Of a DNA stretch of 64,000 nt, positions 10,411 through 20,642 are shown piece after piece (positions within the stretch are counted from its first letter, which is position 1; each line of letters begins with the position of its first letter). Position numbers and translations under genes: made by a program. The notes beneath the pieces were generated by a model, which had not been told where the DNA came from, made no database searches, and was given only the letters and a program-made list of their open reading frames with translations. This DNA comes from an uncultured Acidobacteriota bacterium (GTDB lineage Bacteria > Acidobacteriota > UBA6911): contig CAWHCF010000023.1 of NCBI GenBank assembly GCA_963827655.1, positions 416,001 to 480,000 of the forward strand, given 5' to 3'.

Positions 10411-11046
10411 GTGCAAATAGACAACCAAACCAGCGCCCTGCTCGTCATCGACATCCAGAAGGACTTCTGCGACCCCGATTTTGCCTGCGGCAAATCAGGG
10501 CGAGACCTGAGTCCGATTCATGACATGGTTGCGAAGCGGCTTCTTCCGTTTTTGCAGCAGACCCGCGCGGCCAGCATCCTGACCGTCTATTTGGCTGCCC
10601 AATACCCGATGGGAAAGTTCTCGGTGGATGGCCTGGCTGAACTCTGCCTCGAGGGAAGTCCCGGGGCCGAGTTGTATCTGATCCAGCCGGACGCAAATTC
10701 CACCCGCGAGCGAATCTTCTTCAAGTCCGAGCTGAACGCCTTCAGCAATCCGGAGCTTCACTCTTGCCTTGCGGGCGAAAGAATCGAGCAGATTCTGATC
10801 GCCGGGGTTGCGACGGACAAGTGCGTCCGCGCGACTGTGCTGGCAGCGAGATCGATGGGATATCGGGTGATCGTGCTCTCCGACCTGGTAGCCGCAGGCA
10901 CCCACCGCCGGCGCGAGCACGACGAGACTCTGGGCTACCTGGCGGCTCAGCCTGGAATCGGCGTGCTTTCTTCCGCCGAGATTCGGTTTGAGTTGGACGG
11001 TCGCAGCTTCCCGGGGAAGCGTCCACGAAGCGCGATCTTGGGTTGA
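10411..11046 (+). CDS. Cysteine hydrolase (isochorismatase family)
   Basis: ALLVIDIQKDF, K..LNAF, GVATDKCV catalytic D-K-C triad. Confidence 0.85.
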   Translation: MQIDNQTSALLVIDIQKDFCDPDFACGKSGRDLSPIHDMVAKRLLPFLQQTRAASILTVYLAAQYPMGKFSVDGLAELCLEGSPGAELYLIQPDANSTRERIFFKSELNAFSNPELHSCLAGERIEQILIAGVATDKCVRATVLAARSMGYRVIVLSDLVAAGTHRRREHDETLGYLAAQPGIGVLSSAEIRFELDGRSFPGKRPRSAILG

Positions 11047-11094
11047 TCGCCTCCGAGCTTCGGACCGCTTCCCCGGATCACATAACCTTTCGGC

Positions 11095-11634
11095 CTACTT
11101 GAGGGTCTGGCAGGAGGCAAGCGCGCCCGTCACATCGATCGCGCTCTGTCCCTGCTCGACACTCTTTATCTTGCCTTCCTTGTCAATGACAAAAGTCGTA
11201 CGGATGGCAATCCCCGCCTCTTCGTTCAGCACTCCATAAGCGCGGGACACCTCGCGCTTGAAGTCGCTTAGGAGAGGGAATTCGACACCGTTCTTGTTGG
11301 CGAATTCCTTCTGAGAGGCGAAAGAATCAACGCTGATGCCCAGGACCTGGGTGTTGGACTCCCGGAACTTTGCCATGTTGTCCCGGTAGTTCTGTACTTC
11401 GCGGGTTCAGCCGCCGGTGAAGGCCAGGGAGTAGAAGGCAAGAACGACGTTCTGCTTCCCGCGAAAATCAGAAAGCTTGACGTCCTTTCGATCTTGATCC
11501 TTCAGGGTGAAGTCTGGCGCCATATCCCCGACTTTCACCGAGGTCTTGGGTGTCGTGGCTTGCTGGGCGTAGGCTGAAAGGATACCGGCAACCAGGGCAA
11601 GCATAAGCCCTGGAATGAAAAGACGTCGAGTCAT
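11095..11634 (-). CDS. Peroxiredoxin (AhpC/TSA family), probable selenoprotein with UGA=Sec at 11407-11409; N-terminal export signal
   Basis: ORFs 11407-11634 and 11095-11376 are in one frame: [10 protein letters not shown]...[21 protein letters not shown]...VLGISVDS...PLLSD...AIRTTFVID; TGA occupies the peroxidatic Cys position. Confidence 0.85.
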
Positions 11635-11728
11635 CTTCAGGCTCCTTTCGGGAAATATGCTTAAAATTTATGCGCGGGTGTCTTTGGAGTCAACCGAAAA
11701 CGCCGCTTCACCAGGAAAGCCGCCAGAA

Positions 11729-12125
11729 CCTGCGATTCAAACGGTGGTCGCTGGCCGAGAACGAAGAAGGAAAGAAGTGCCTGGCAAAGCGCCAGATCCG
11801 AAGGGCCGGCAGTGCGTAGGCCCGGCCGATAGAGACTGTTGCAGAACAACGGTCTCAGATGGTCGTCGCCACAGGATGCTCGAAAGGTGTCTAGGCCACT
11901 CGGCAGTGGGCGCGGGCGTCAGTCTCGTTAGGCCGGGAAAAGAGTTCAGGTCGAGAACGAGCGCCGAAGGTGCGACACAGTCGGAGTGCCGGTCCTTCGG
12001 ATGTCGGATTCGGGGCCGTGCCTCACGCCTCACGGCAGCGGCTATTCCCTGCCCGGCCTTCGGCCCTGTTAACGGGACGCGAGAAGAACCTTCGAGAATC
12101 GTACCGCTACTGTCTGAATCGCAGG
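11729..12125 (+). ncRNA. Candidate ~400-nt structured non-coding element (large ncRNA or structured MITE), family unknown
   Basis: 19-bp terminal pairing 11729-11747/12107-12125, long-range pairing 11798-11812/12049-12063 and several internal hairpins; overlapping ORFs are not protein-like. Confidence 0.55.
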
Positions 12126-12193
12126 CCAGGACATATAAGTTTGGAAGTATGGTGCGCTTGTGATAAACCTAATTCCTAATTCCAGGTGAATCA

Positions 12194-12640
12194 ATGGCGG
12201 CGATTTCCGCTGACCTCAAGAAGCTTCTGGCGCGCACCAAGCTGGCTGTACTTCCGGAGGATTACTACTTGATCCATCTTCCGCTGGACACCCGGCCGAT
12301 TGCGGCGGAATGGTTTCGTCCCGCCACGACCCGTTTTGCAATCTTCATCCGCGAGCCGAGGGGAATCTCCCTGGTGGTTCCGCGCAGAAAATGGCTGCGG
12401 ATGAGAAATATCTTCAGCGAGTACCGGCTTCGCGGACCGATGAGAGTGATCACGCTCGAAATGCCGGATTCCCTGGAGGTGTCCGGCTACATCTCGGCGC
12501 TCATCAATGTTCTTTCGCAGGCACGAATCAGCCTCATTCCCGTATCTTCGATGAATCGCGATCACATCCTGGTAAGGAAGCCGGACCTTCCCCGCAGCGT
12601 TCGGCTCTTGCGCAACTTCCTTCAGAGCTGCGGGGCGTAG
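12194..12640 (+). CDS. ACT-domain-containing protein
   Basis: 148 aa; RVITLEMPDSLEVSGYISALINVLSQARISLIPVSSMNRDHILV resembles ACT_7/CASTOR-type ACT domains. Confidence 0.75.
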   Translation: MAAISADLKKLLARTKLAVLPEDYYLIHLPLDTRPIAAEWFRPATTRFAIFIREPRGISLVVPRRKWLRMRNIFSEYRLRGPMRVITLEMPDSLEVSGYISALINVLSQARISLIPVSSMNRDHILVRKPDLPRSVRLLRNFLQSCGA

Positions 12641-12769
12641 GAAATTACTAATTACAATGGCAACGCAATTGTGAGAGACCCGTTCCTTTTCTTTCGAGCG
12701 GCCGCCTTCAGGTATCCGCATGTTGTCCGTATTGTTAGAAGCTCACTGGCTGATTGAGTCGAGGCCATC

Positions 12770-13255
12770 ATGACATTCCTTATCCTGTCGTTTCTCATCA
12801 CAATGATAGGGCTCGGCCAGGATTCGAGCGAGCCGGCGCGCCAGATACGGCTTATGCTCGAAGTTCAGCAGCAGGACTGGAACCGCGGCGATATCGAATC
12901 CTTCATGCGCGGCTACGAACGGGGCGATTCCCTTATTTTTACCAGTGGAGGGAAGATCTTCCGGGGTTGGGACGAAGCGCTTCGGCGGTACAAATCCACG
13001 TACCGGGATCGTGAGGCCATGGGGCAACTCGAGTTCTCACAGCTGGAGATAACGATTCTGAGCGACACGGCCGCCATCGTCCTCGGAAAATGGAGTCTTC
13101 AACGCCGAAACGACAGCCCGGGAGGTGTCTTTACGCTGGCGCTGCGAAAGGGCTCCGATGGATGGAAGATCATCCACGACCACACGTCATCCTACGAAAC
13201 GACCAGAACTGAGAGATGTACTTTGAAAGAGAAGGATGCGAACTGCGAATCGTGA
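12770..13255 (+). CDS. NTF2-like/DUF4440 (YybH-like) protein
   Basis: QQQDWNRGDIESFMRGY, MGQLEFS, GWKIIHDHTS. Confidence 0.85.
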   Translation: MTFLILSFLITMIGLGQDSSEPARQIRLMLEVQQQDWNRGDIESFMRGYERGDSLIFTSGGKIFRGWDEALRRYKSTYRDREAMGQLEFSQLEITILSDTAAIVLGKWSLQRRNDSPGGVFTLALRKGSDGWKIIHDHTSSYETTRTERCTLKEKDANCES

Positions 13256-13654
13256 AGAAGCGATACTCGATGTTTTTATCCTGAACGATTTTGACACACG
13301 GATATCCTGTGAGATCTTCGAATCACAAAAGCGAACCGACCCGTCGTCCGGAAGCGTGGCCAGCGACGGCATGGTGCTGCCGTAGGCATCGCTTCTCCCC
13401 GCGCGGGTATTGTTCCAAATTTCCGATAAGCTGGTTCAGCTCTTCCAGCGAAGAGACGGTACGGCCGATCGCGTCCCGCGACTTCTAGCCGACAATGTCG
13501 ATTGACTGGATGGCGATGAAAAGGCTAGAGTAAGGATTCGCTAAGCCCATCCCTCGAGTTGTGAGCTGAGTCCGTCCCTTGCTTGCGCTGTACCGCGTGA
13601 GCGATCTGCGGACTATGTTGTCTTCCGTAAAGCGCCTTTGCGGCGACACCTTTC

Positions 13655-15422
13655 ATGCAGATAGTTCTGGTCCTGACACTTCTGGTTCTTGTCCTGGTGC
13701 TGTTTCCTCTCGAGATAGTCTCGGTCGACATCATTGCACTCGGGGGTGTGATCATCCTGGTCGCCACCGGCATCCTGTCTTCGAGCGAGGCATTCGCGAG
13801 CTTTGGCAGTGACATGATGGTCCTTTTGGCTTCTATCTTCGTCATTGCCGGAGCGCTTCTCAGGACTGGCGTCCTTGACTCCATGGGGCTCTGGCTCTAC
13901 CGCCACAGCAAAGGGAACTACTATGTCCTGCTGGCGAGCATTATTCTGGTGGTCTGTTTCGCGTCCGCATGGATGAACAACACCGTGGTCACGGCCGTGT
14001 TCGTGCCGCCGGTTCTTGCGGTGGCCCGCCGATCTCAGATTCCTCCCTCGAAGCTGCTCATGCCCGTGGCCTTTGCTGCAATGCTGGGCGGATGTTGCAC
14101 CTTGATCGGAACCTCCACAAACGTCGCCGCCAGCGCTTTTCTGACCCGCAGGGGTATGGAACCCTTCGGTCTCTTTGAGTTCTTGCCTATCGGTCTGGCG
14201 GGAATTATCGGCCGGTACCCTCTTCTTCCTGTTCGGGGGAGCGCGGCTTTTGCCGTCGCGAGGAACCGGAGAGCTGATCAAAGCCTACCACGTGAAGGAG
14301 TACTTGACTGAAGTGGCCCTCCGGAACGGCTGCCCATTTGTGGGAAAACGCATCGATGAAGGCGGATTCAGGGAAATTGCGGAAGTGACGGTCCTCGGAA
14401 TCATCCGAGGGCAGAACACTCAACTGGCGCCCGAAGGACATGAGATCCTGCAAGAAAATGACATTCTTCTGCTCGAAGCCGGAGTGGAAGGCATTCACCG
14501 GCTGCGCCACACTCAAGGAGTGGAAATCAAGGGGGATATCGACCTCGGCGACAAGAGCCTTGAATCGGAAAAGGTCAAGCTGGCGGAGGTAATGATTGGA
14601 CCGGGCTCACGTTTCATCGGCCGATCACTGAAAGAGATCGAGTTCCGCCGCAGGTATGGCATGACGGCTCTTGCTCTCTCCAGGCATGGCGGTGACGTGG
14701 TCGAAAAAGTGGGAAAGATCCCGCTGATGGTAGGAGACGTCCTGCTGGTTCAAGGTCCTGAGACTCGGCTGGACGACCTCCGAAGCAGTGCCAGTATCCT
14801 GGTGCTGAGCGATCTTTCCCACTTCTTGTTCGAACGAAAGAAAGGAACCTATGTGATAACTTTCTTTGTTCTGGCTCTCGTGCTGGGGGCGCTCGATATA
14901 CTTCCCCTGACCATTACTGTGTTGGGGGCCGCGCTACTCACTATTATCGTTCGCGCTGTTCCACACGAGGAAGTCTATCGTCTGATCGAGTGGCGGCTCT
15001 TAATCATGATCGGAGGAATGACGGCGTTCGGGCAAGCACTGGTGGCCACGGGTGCGGACAAGTTTCTGGCGGACCTGATTGTGAAGACGTCGGGATTTTT
15101 CGGTCCTCACGGGATTCTTATGGGTTTCTTCGTCCTCACAGTGGCGCTGAGCCAGCCTCTATCGAACGCCGCGGCGGCGTTGGCTGTGCTTCCCGTTGCC
15201 GTGGCCAGCGCCGAGAGCCTGGGGGCGAATCCGCGGGCATTTGCCGTGGCTGTGACGATGGCTGCCTCGGCATCGTTCATGACTCCGTTCGAGCCGTCCT
15301 GCGTGCTGGTCTATCCGGCCGGCCGCTATCGCTTCCTGGATTTCATCAAGGTTGGGCTGCCGCTGACCCTCGTGTTCATGGCTGTCGTGTTGATCATGGT
15401 TCCGCTGATCTGGGGGCTGTAG
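13655..15422 (+). CDS. SLC13/CitMHS-type permease with TrkA-C domains; frameshift near 14210
   Basis: First ORF has SAWMNNT, PSKLLMP, GGCCTLIGTSTN; second ORF has two TrkA-C domains, LSNAAAA, ASASFMTP, GRYRFLDF; removing one G near 14210 joins them. Confidence 0.85.
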
Positions 15423-15447
15423 AAAAACAGGGACGTCCCCGTTTTCT
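15421..15447. terminator. Palindromic hairpin between convergent genes (bidirectional terminator or REP)
   Basis: AGAAAAACAGGGACGTCCCCGTTTTCT fills the gap between two stop codons. Confidence 0.55.
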
Positions 15448-16627
15448 ACATCAGCTCGAAGATCCCCGCGGCCCCCATCCCGCCGCCGATGCACATCGTG
15501 ACCATGCCATAGCGGTTTTTGCGGCGCCGCATCTCCGAAATAAGCGTGGCGGTGAGCTTGGCCCCGGTGCATCCGAGAGGATGCCCGAGCGCGACCGCTC
15601 CGCCATTGACATTCACCTTTTCCAGATCCAGGCCGACTTCCTTGATCACAGCCAGCGCCTGCGCTGCGAAGGCTTCGTTGAGCTCGATCAGATCGATGTC
15701 TGAGAGATTGAGTCCGGCTATTTTCAACGCCTTGGGAATTGCGACCGCCGGCCCGATGCCCATGATTTCGGGCGGAACTCCGCCGGTAGCGAATGACACG
15801 AAGCGGGCCAGAGGCCTGACGCCCAATTCCCGCGCCCGATCGGACGACATCACGACACAAGCCGCGGCGCCGTCCGATGTCTGGGAAGCATTCCCGGCAG
15901 TAACCGTGCCGCGCGCATGAAACACGGGCTTGAGCTTTGCCAGTCCTTCGCGCGAGGTGTCGGGCCGGGGCCCCTCGTCGATCGCGAAGGAAATCTCTTT
16001 GAAACTGGGTTGAGTTCCGTTCATCGCGGGCAGTTCTACTTGAACTTTCAACGGCACGATCTCTTCCTGAAACTTCTGATCTCTTATGGCCGCCAGAGCC
16101 CGGGTGTGGCTGCGCAGCGAAAACTCGTCGGCCTGCTCGCGGGTAATGCCGTACTTGCGGGCGAGATTTTCCGCGGTGAGCCCCATCGATAGATACGTAT
16201 CGGGCGCATGCTCGACCAGGTGCGGGTTGGGCGCCAGTTTATGGCCGCTCATTGGAACCATGCTCATGCTTTCAGTTCCCCCGGCGACAACTGTGTGGGC
16301 AAAACCGGCGATGATGCGTTCGGCGGCGAATGCGATGGCCTGCAGCCCGGACGAGCAAAACCGATTTATCGTCAGTGCGGAAGTGGTTACCGGCAGCCCC
16401 GCCCGGAGCATGGCAATGCGAGCAACGTTCATCCCTTGCTCTGCTTCAGGCATGGCACAGCCGAGAATCACGTCCTCGACCTCGGCATCCTCAAGCCCCG
16501 AAACGCGATTGATGGCCTCTCGGATGGCGACTGCCGCCATGTCGTCAGGGCGCGTGTTGCGCAGTGTTCCCTTGCCCGCCTTTCCGACGGCGGTCCGGAC
16601 AGCGCTGGCTATGATTGCTTCTGGCAT
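15446..16627 (-). CDS. fadA: Acetyl-CoA C-acyltransferase (thiolase)
   Basis: [32 protein letters not shown]; RBS GGGAGG. Confidence 0.92.
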   Translation of the reverse strand: MPEAIIASAVRTAVGKAGKGTLRNTRPDDMAAVAIREAINRVSGLEDAEVEDVILGCAMPEAEQGMNVARIAMLRAGLPVTTSALTINRFCSSGLQAIAFAAERIIAGFAHTVVAGGTESMSMVPMSGHKLAPNPHLVEHAPDTYLSMGLTAENLARKYGITREQADEFSLRSHTRALAAIRDQKFQEEIVPLKVQVELPAMNGTQPSFKEISFAIDEGPRPDTSREGLAKLKPVFHARGTVTAGNASQTSDGAAACVVMSSDRARELGVRPLARFVSFATGGVPPEIMGIGPAVAIPKALKIAGLNLSDIDLIELNEAFAAQALAVIKEVGLDLEKVNVNGGAVALGHPLGCTGAKLTATLISEMRRRKNRYGMVTMCIGGGMGAAGIFELM

Positions 16628-16645
16628 GATCTTACCTCCCTATCA

Positions 16646-16777
16646 ATTGCGGATTGCGGATTGCAGATTGCGGATTAGCCGATTGGATTGCGGATTTGGA
16701 CCAGCGCGATCCAAGAACGATTTGGTCTTTTAACCATGAATCTTTAATCCGCAATCCGCAATCCGAAATCTGCAATC
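16646..16777. repeat. Inverted pair of heptamer arrays (GATTGCG)n ... (CGCAATC)n
   Basis: Array 16646-16697 faces its complement at 16746-16777 across a ~48-bp spacer. Confidence 0.9.
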
Positions 16778-16778
16778 G

Positions 16779-19191
16779 CTAGTTACGCAGCGGCTTGCCC
16801 TCGCGCAGCATATGTTCCATTCGTTCCTGGGTCTTCGGCTGGCCGCAGAGGGTCAGGAATGCCTCCCGCTCCAGATCCCGCAGGTGCTGCTCACTCACCT
16901 TTCGAGTTCCCAGGAACGCCCCTCCAGTAAGTACGACGGCAAGCTGCGTGCCTACCACTTTATCGTACGCAGAAATGTATCCCGCGCGTTCCATGGTGTG
17001 CAAACCTAACTTCAGGCTGGCCAGCCCAGGTTGTCCCAGGACCGGGATATCATTGCGCGGCACCGGAGGGCGATACCCCTCGCGTGCCAGGGTCAGAACA
17101 TCCTGCTTGGCGTGGTAGATGCGTTGGTCCTGGTTCATGCTGATATGGTCGCGCTCACTCAGCAGACCCAACGCGCGCGCTTCCGATGCGGAACCGGAGA
17201 CTCGGGCAGTCCCGATCAGTTCGAAGACTTTCCGAATTCGAGGAAAAAGATCGGTATCAGAATCCGATCCGGCTTCCCGCGCAGCTCTCGAGACCATCTC
17301 CATACATCCGCCGCCCGCCGGCACCAGCCCTACCCCCACCTCGACGAAGCCGATGTAAAGCTCCGCAGCGGCATGGACCTGATCCGACTGGATCACGATT
17401 TCACATCCGCCGCCCAGGGCCATCTGATGCGGCGCCGCTACCACAGGCTTTTCCGAGTAACGCAGCCGGGAATTGGCTTGCTGAAAACTGCGTATAGCCT
17501 CGTCGATCGCATCCCACTTCCCTGCCCTGGCCGCCCCGAGGACCTCAACCAGATTCGCTCCGGCCGAAAAATTGTCCCCGTCATTGGCAATCACGAGTCC
17601 CTCGAAATTTCGGGACACTTCTTCCACCGCTTCGTTCATCATCTGGATGATATCGGCATCGACCGAATTCATCTTGCTGTGAAACTCCAGGCAGGCAACG
17701 CCATCCCCGATGTCGAGGAGCGAGGCGCCGGGGTTTTGCCGCACGATCCGGTTTCGAGTTCTGAAAGAACTCAGAACGATCACACCCGGCCGTTCAGGCT
17801 CCTTTACATACGCCGCGGTCGCGGGCTCGAAATAAAGAGTCTTGCCTGACCTGCGCTTGTAGAACGAGTTCTTCCCCGAAGCCAGGACGCCCTGGACCAG
17901 CGGTGGAATGGGACGCTGCTCTTCCTGCAAGCGCTTCGCCACCGCTTCGACGCCGAGCGCATCCCAGGTTTCGAAGGGCCCGAGCTTATGAAGGAATCCC
18001 CACTTCATGGCTCGATCCACGCTCACGATGTCATCCGAAATTTCAGGAATCTTGGACGCGGCGTAGCTCAGGGAGGAACTCAAGACTCTCCACAAAAACT
18101 TTCCCGCCCTATCCGAACCAAAGACCAGCTTGCGAAGCCGCTTCTCCAGAGCAGGGAGTTTTTTGATCTTGTCCAGCGCAGGGAACCGTGGCCCCTGTGC
18201 GGGACGATACTCCATGGAGTGGTAATCGAGGTATTGAATTTCCGTACCGCGAGCCGAACGGACCTTCTTGTAAAAGCCCTGGCCGGTCTTGTCGCCCAGC
18301 CAACGGTTTTGCAGCATGGTCTGGACGAACGCCGGAACCGTGAAGATTTCACGTTCGGCCGGATCGGAAAGTAAATCGTGCAGGTTTCGGATGACGAATA
18401 CGAAAGTGTCGACCCCCACCACGTCAAAGGTCCGGAAAGTCGCGCTCTTGGGCCGGCCCAGCGACGGGCCCGGTAAGGAGATCGACTTCCTCGACGGTCA
18501 AATCCTCGTCCACCATCGCCTTGAAGAGGACGCAGATCCCGTGCGTGGCAATCCGATTCGCGATAAAGTTCGGCGTATCTTTGCAGAGGACCACCCCCTT
18601 GCCGAGCCGGTCCTCCCCGAATCGCATCAGGAAATGAGTGAGGGCCGGGTCGGTCGCAGGTGTCGGGATAATCTCCAGCAGTTTGAGATAGCGCGGCGGG
18701 TTGAAGAAATGAGTGCCGAGAAAGTGCTTCCGGAAGTCTTCGGAAAATCCTTCCGCGATGCTATGAATCGGTATGCCTGAGGTGTTCGAGCTGACCGGCG
18801 TGCCGGGCCGGCGATGAGACTCAACCTGCTCGAACAACTTGCGCTTGACCTCGAGATTCTCCGTAACAGCCTCGACAATCCAATCGGCCTTCCCGATCCA
18901 ACCCAGGTTGTCGGTGAAGTTCCCGGTCCGGACCAGCGAAGCCGCCTCCGGGCTGAAAACCGCCGCTGGTTTGGAGTTGAGCGCGCTCTTCCAACCGGTC
19001 TGGACGATGCGGTTACGCACAGCCGGCGAATCCAGGGTCAATCCCTTGCTTTGCTCTTCCGGTGTCAGCTCGGAAGGCGCGACATCCAGGAGGTATGACG
19101 GAATTCCGGCATTTGCCAGGTGCGCAGCGATCTTACTTCCCATTACACCGGCGCCTAATACCGCAGCTTGCCGGATCTTGAATTCGGCCAT
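16779..19191 (-). CDS. 3-hydroxyacyl-CoA dehydrogenase/enoyl-CoA hydratase (FadN-like); frameshift near 18468
   Basis: VLGAGVMG, SNTSG, HFFNPPRYL, KDTPNFIANR, then in the shifted frame LGRPKSATFRTFDVVGVDT and a crotonase domain (FSAGANL, ALGGGCE). Confidence 0.9.
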
Positions 19192-19247
19192 CGCAAGCTC
19201 ACTTTCGATTGACGATTAAGGAATGACGAGGACCTCAGGGTTGGCTG

Positions 19248-20072
19248 TTAACTCGACAAAGCGTCAATCACCAAGGGTTGGGGCTTCCAGCGCTGAAGGA
19301 AGTCCGTCAGAAAATTCTCCGGGCCGGCAGCGCTGGCTCGGTTGGCTATTTCGTCTCGGGCGCAGGCGACCACTTTCTGATATGCGGCGGCATCCAGTTT
19401 TCCCCTCAGCAACTGCACCCGCGCGAAGAGGAGATATGTTTGCAGCACGTCGGTCATGCAATACTGATTGATCTCCTTGTAGCGACCCTGCCGATACAAG
19501 TACTCAACGTCCTCCCCGGCTATGGTGTACTTTCCTGGCAGCCCTATCAGTTTGGCCAGAATATTCAGCGATCCTCGACGGTAGACGGCGCCAAAGTTAG
19601 AAAGGAAGTCGCACAGGTCGAAGTGGTAAAGATCGAGGTAACGACTTCCGCGGTAGGTCTGGCGCAGTTCCTGGTTGGCGAAGTAGCGCGGTAAAGCTAT
19701 CCCGTATTTCATGGCTCGGGTTTCCAGCACCGGAAGATCGAAGTCGCGCCCATTGAAAGTGACGAGAGTTTGAGAACTCTCGAACATTTGCCAGAAGCGG
19801 ACGACCAGGTCACTTTCCGTGAACCGGTCGACTCCCAGACAACCGAACGCCCGGATACGATAATTCTCATCCACCTGCAGGGTAGCGATCGAGATCGGTA
19901 TGTGGAAAGGAATCGGGAAAAAGTCGCTGCGCTGTCCGCTGCGCTCAAGCAGGCGGTCCCTCGCCTTGTCATACGCCTGATCGAGCGTCAACGTGTCTTC
20001 GGGATCGTAAATCTGTTTTACCAGATCCTTGTCGACCCTGGTTTCAATATCAAAGACGAGATATCGCGACAT
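19248..20072 (-). CDS. PolB-like 3'-5' exonuclease (DEDDy, COG3298-type)
   Basis: LVFDIET, LVTFNGRDFDLPVL, HFDLCD, YCMTDV; start set at ATG 20072. Confidence 0.85.
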   Translation of the reverse strand: MSRYLVFDIETRVDKDLVKQIYDPEDTLTLDQAYDKARDRLLERSGQRSDFFPIPFHIPISIATLQVDENYRIRAFGCLGVDRFTESDLVVRFWQMFESSQTLVTFNGRDFDLPVLETRAMKYGIALPRYFANQELRQTYRGSRYLDLYHFDLCDFLSNFGAVYRRGSLNILAKLIGLPGKYTIAGEDVEYLYRQGRYKEINQYCMTDVLQTYLLFARVQLLRGKLDAAAYQKVVACARDEIANRASAAGPENFLTDFLQRWKPQPLVIDALSS

Positions 20073-20413
20073 ATGGAATTCAAATGCAGATTCAAGAGCG
20101 GTAATTGTGGACGAGCCGGACACGGTTGTCAAACGTGTTGGGGTCAGAGTCGCATCAGCCGTGCAGGGAGTATCCGTGAAGGCCGTTTGCGAACTATCCA
20201 ATGTCGCGTCAGCCTTCCTCCGCTGGAAATCGAGCAGACAAAGTGCTCCTTCAGCCGGCTCAAACAGCCGCAACGGCCGACCTCGACCACCTGCCCCAAC
20301 CGATCTACGTCCGCGTTGACGTGCACATTATCCTGGTTTTGGCGGTGGCGCCGATTACCCACCCCAGCAAACCTCGCAGAATGAGCCAGGTAAAGGGATT
20401 CATCCCAATTTCT

Positions 20414-20460
20414 ACCCAATATGTTGGGGCTGAGATCCGCAAGGGCCCAAGATATTGCGG
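20414..20460. promoter_or_regulatory. Tandem NrdR boxes
   Basis: ACCCAATATGTTGGGG (20414-20429) and GCCCAAGATATTGCGG (20445-20460) fit acaCwAtATaTwGtgt, 31 bp apart, upstream of nrdJ. Confidence 0.75.
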
Positions 20461-20468
20461 ATTTTTGC

Positions 20469-20497
20469 TTGACACGAAATTTCACCGGGTGTAATAA
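20469..20497 (+). promoter_or_regulatory. Sigma70-type promoter for nrdJ
   Basis: TTGACA (20469-20474), 17-bp spacer, TAATAA. Confidence 0.5.
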
Positions 20498-20642
20498 GTT
20501 CGTAATTCTTGGAGGTCTTTCAGAGACAAATGTGGGGAGCGTAGAAGCCCTGCCGGAACCAACATTGTGTGGCAGGAGCAGGACATTTTTCTCTCTTTAA
20601 GGCAAAATTGGACTGTTGGTGATTGCGATTTGAGGAGGAGTA

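Noticed and set aside
11729-12125. Identification as RNase P RNA, tmRNA, SRP RNA, cobalamin riboswitch or group I/II intron
   Set aside because: No GAGGAAAGUCC, no tRNA-like ends or tag, no intact SRP helix 8, no complete B12 box and no domain V; only short chance resemblances
11615-12163. 182-aa ORF over the structured element
   Set aside because: It overlaps the start of the opposite-strand peroxiredoxin, has no RBS and has an Arg/Ser/Gly/Cys-rich non-protein-like composition
13256-13654. Possible gene remnant on the minus strand (AIGRTVSSLEELNQLIGNLEQ)
   Set aside because: Short, interrupted by stops and not assignable to any family I recognise
20073-20273. 67-aa N-terminal extension of the exonuclease ORF
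   Set aside because: The DEDD motif I begins right after ATG 20072 and the extension has no domain features
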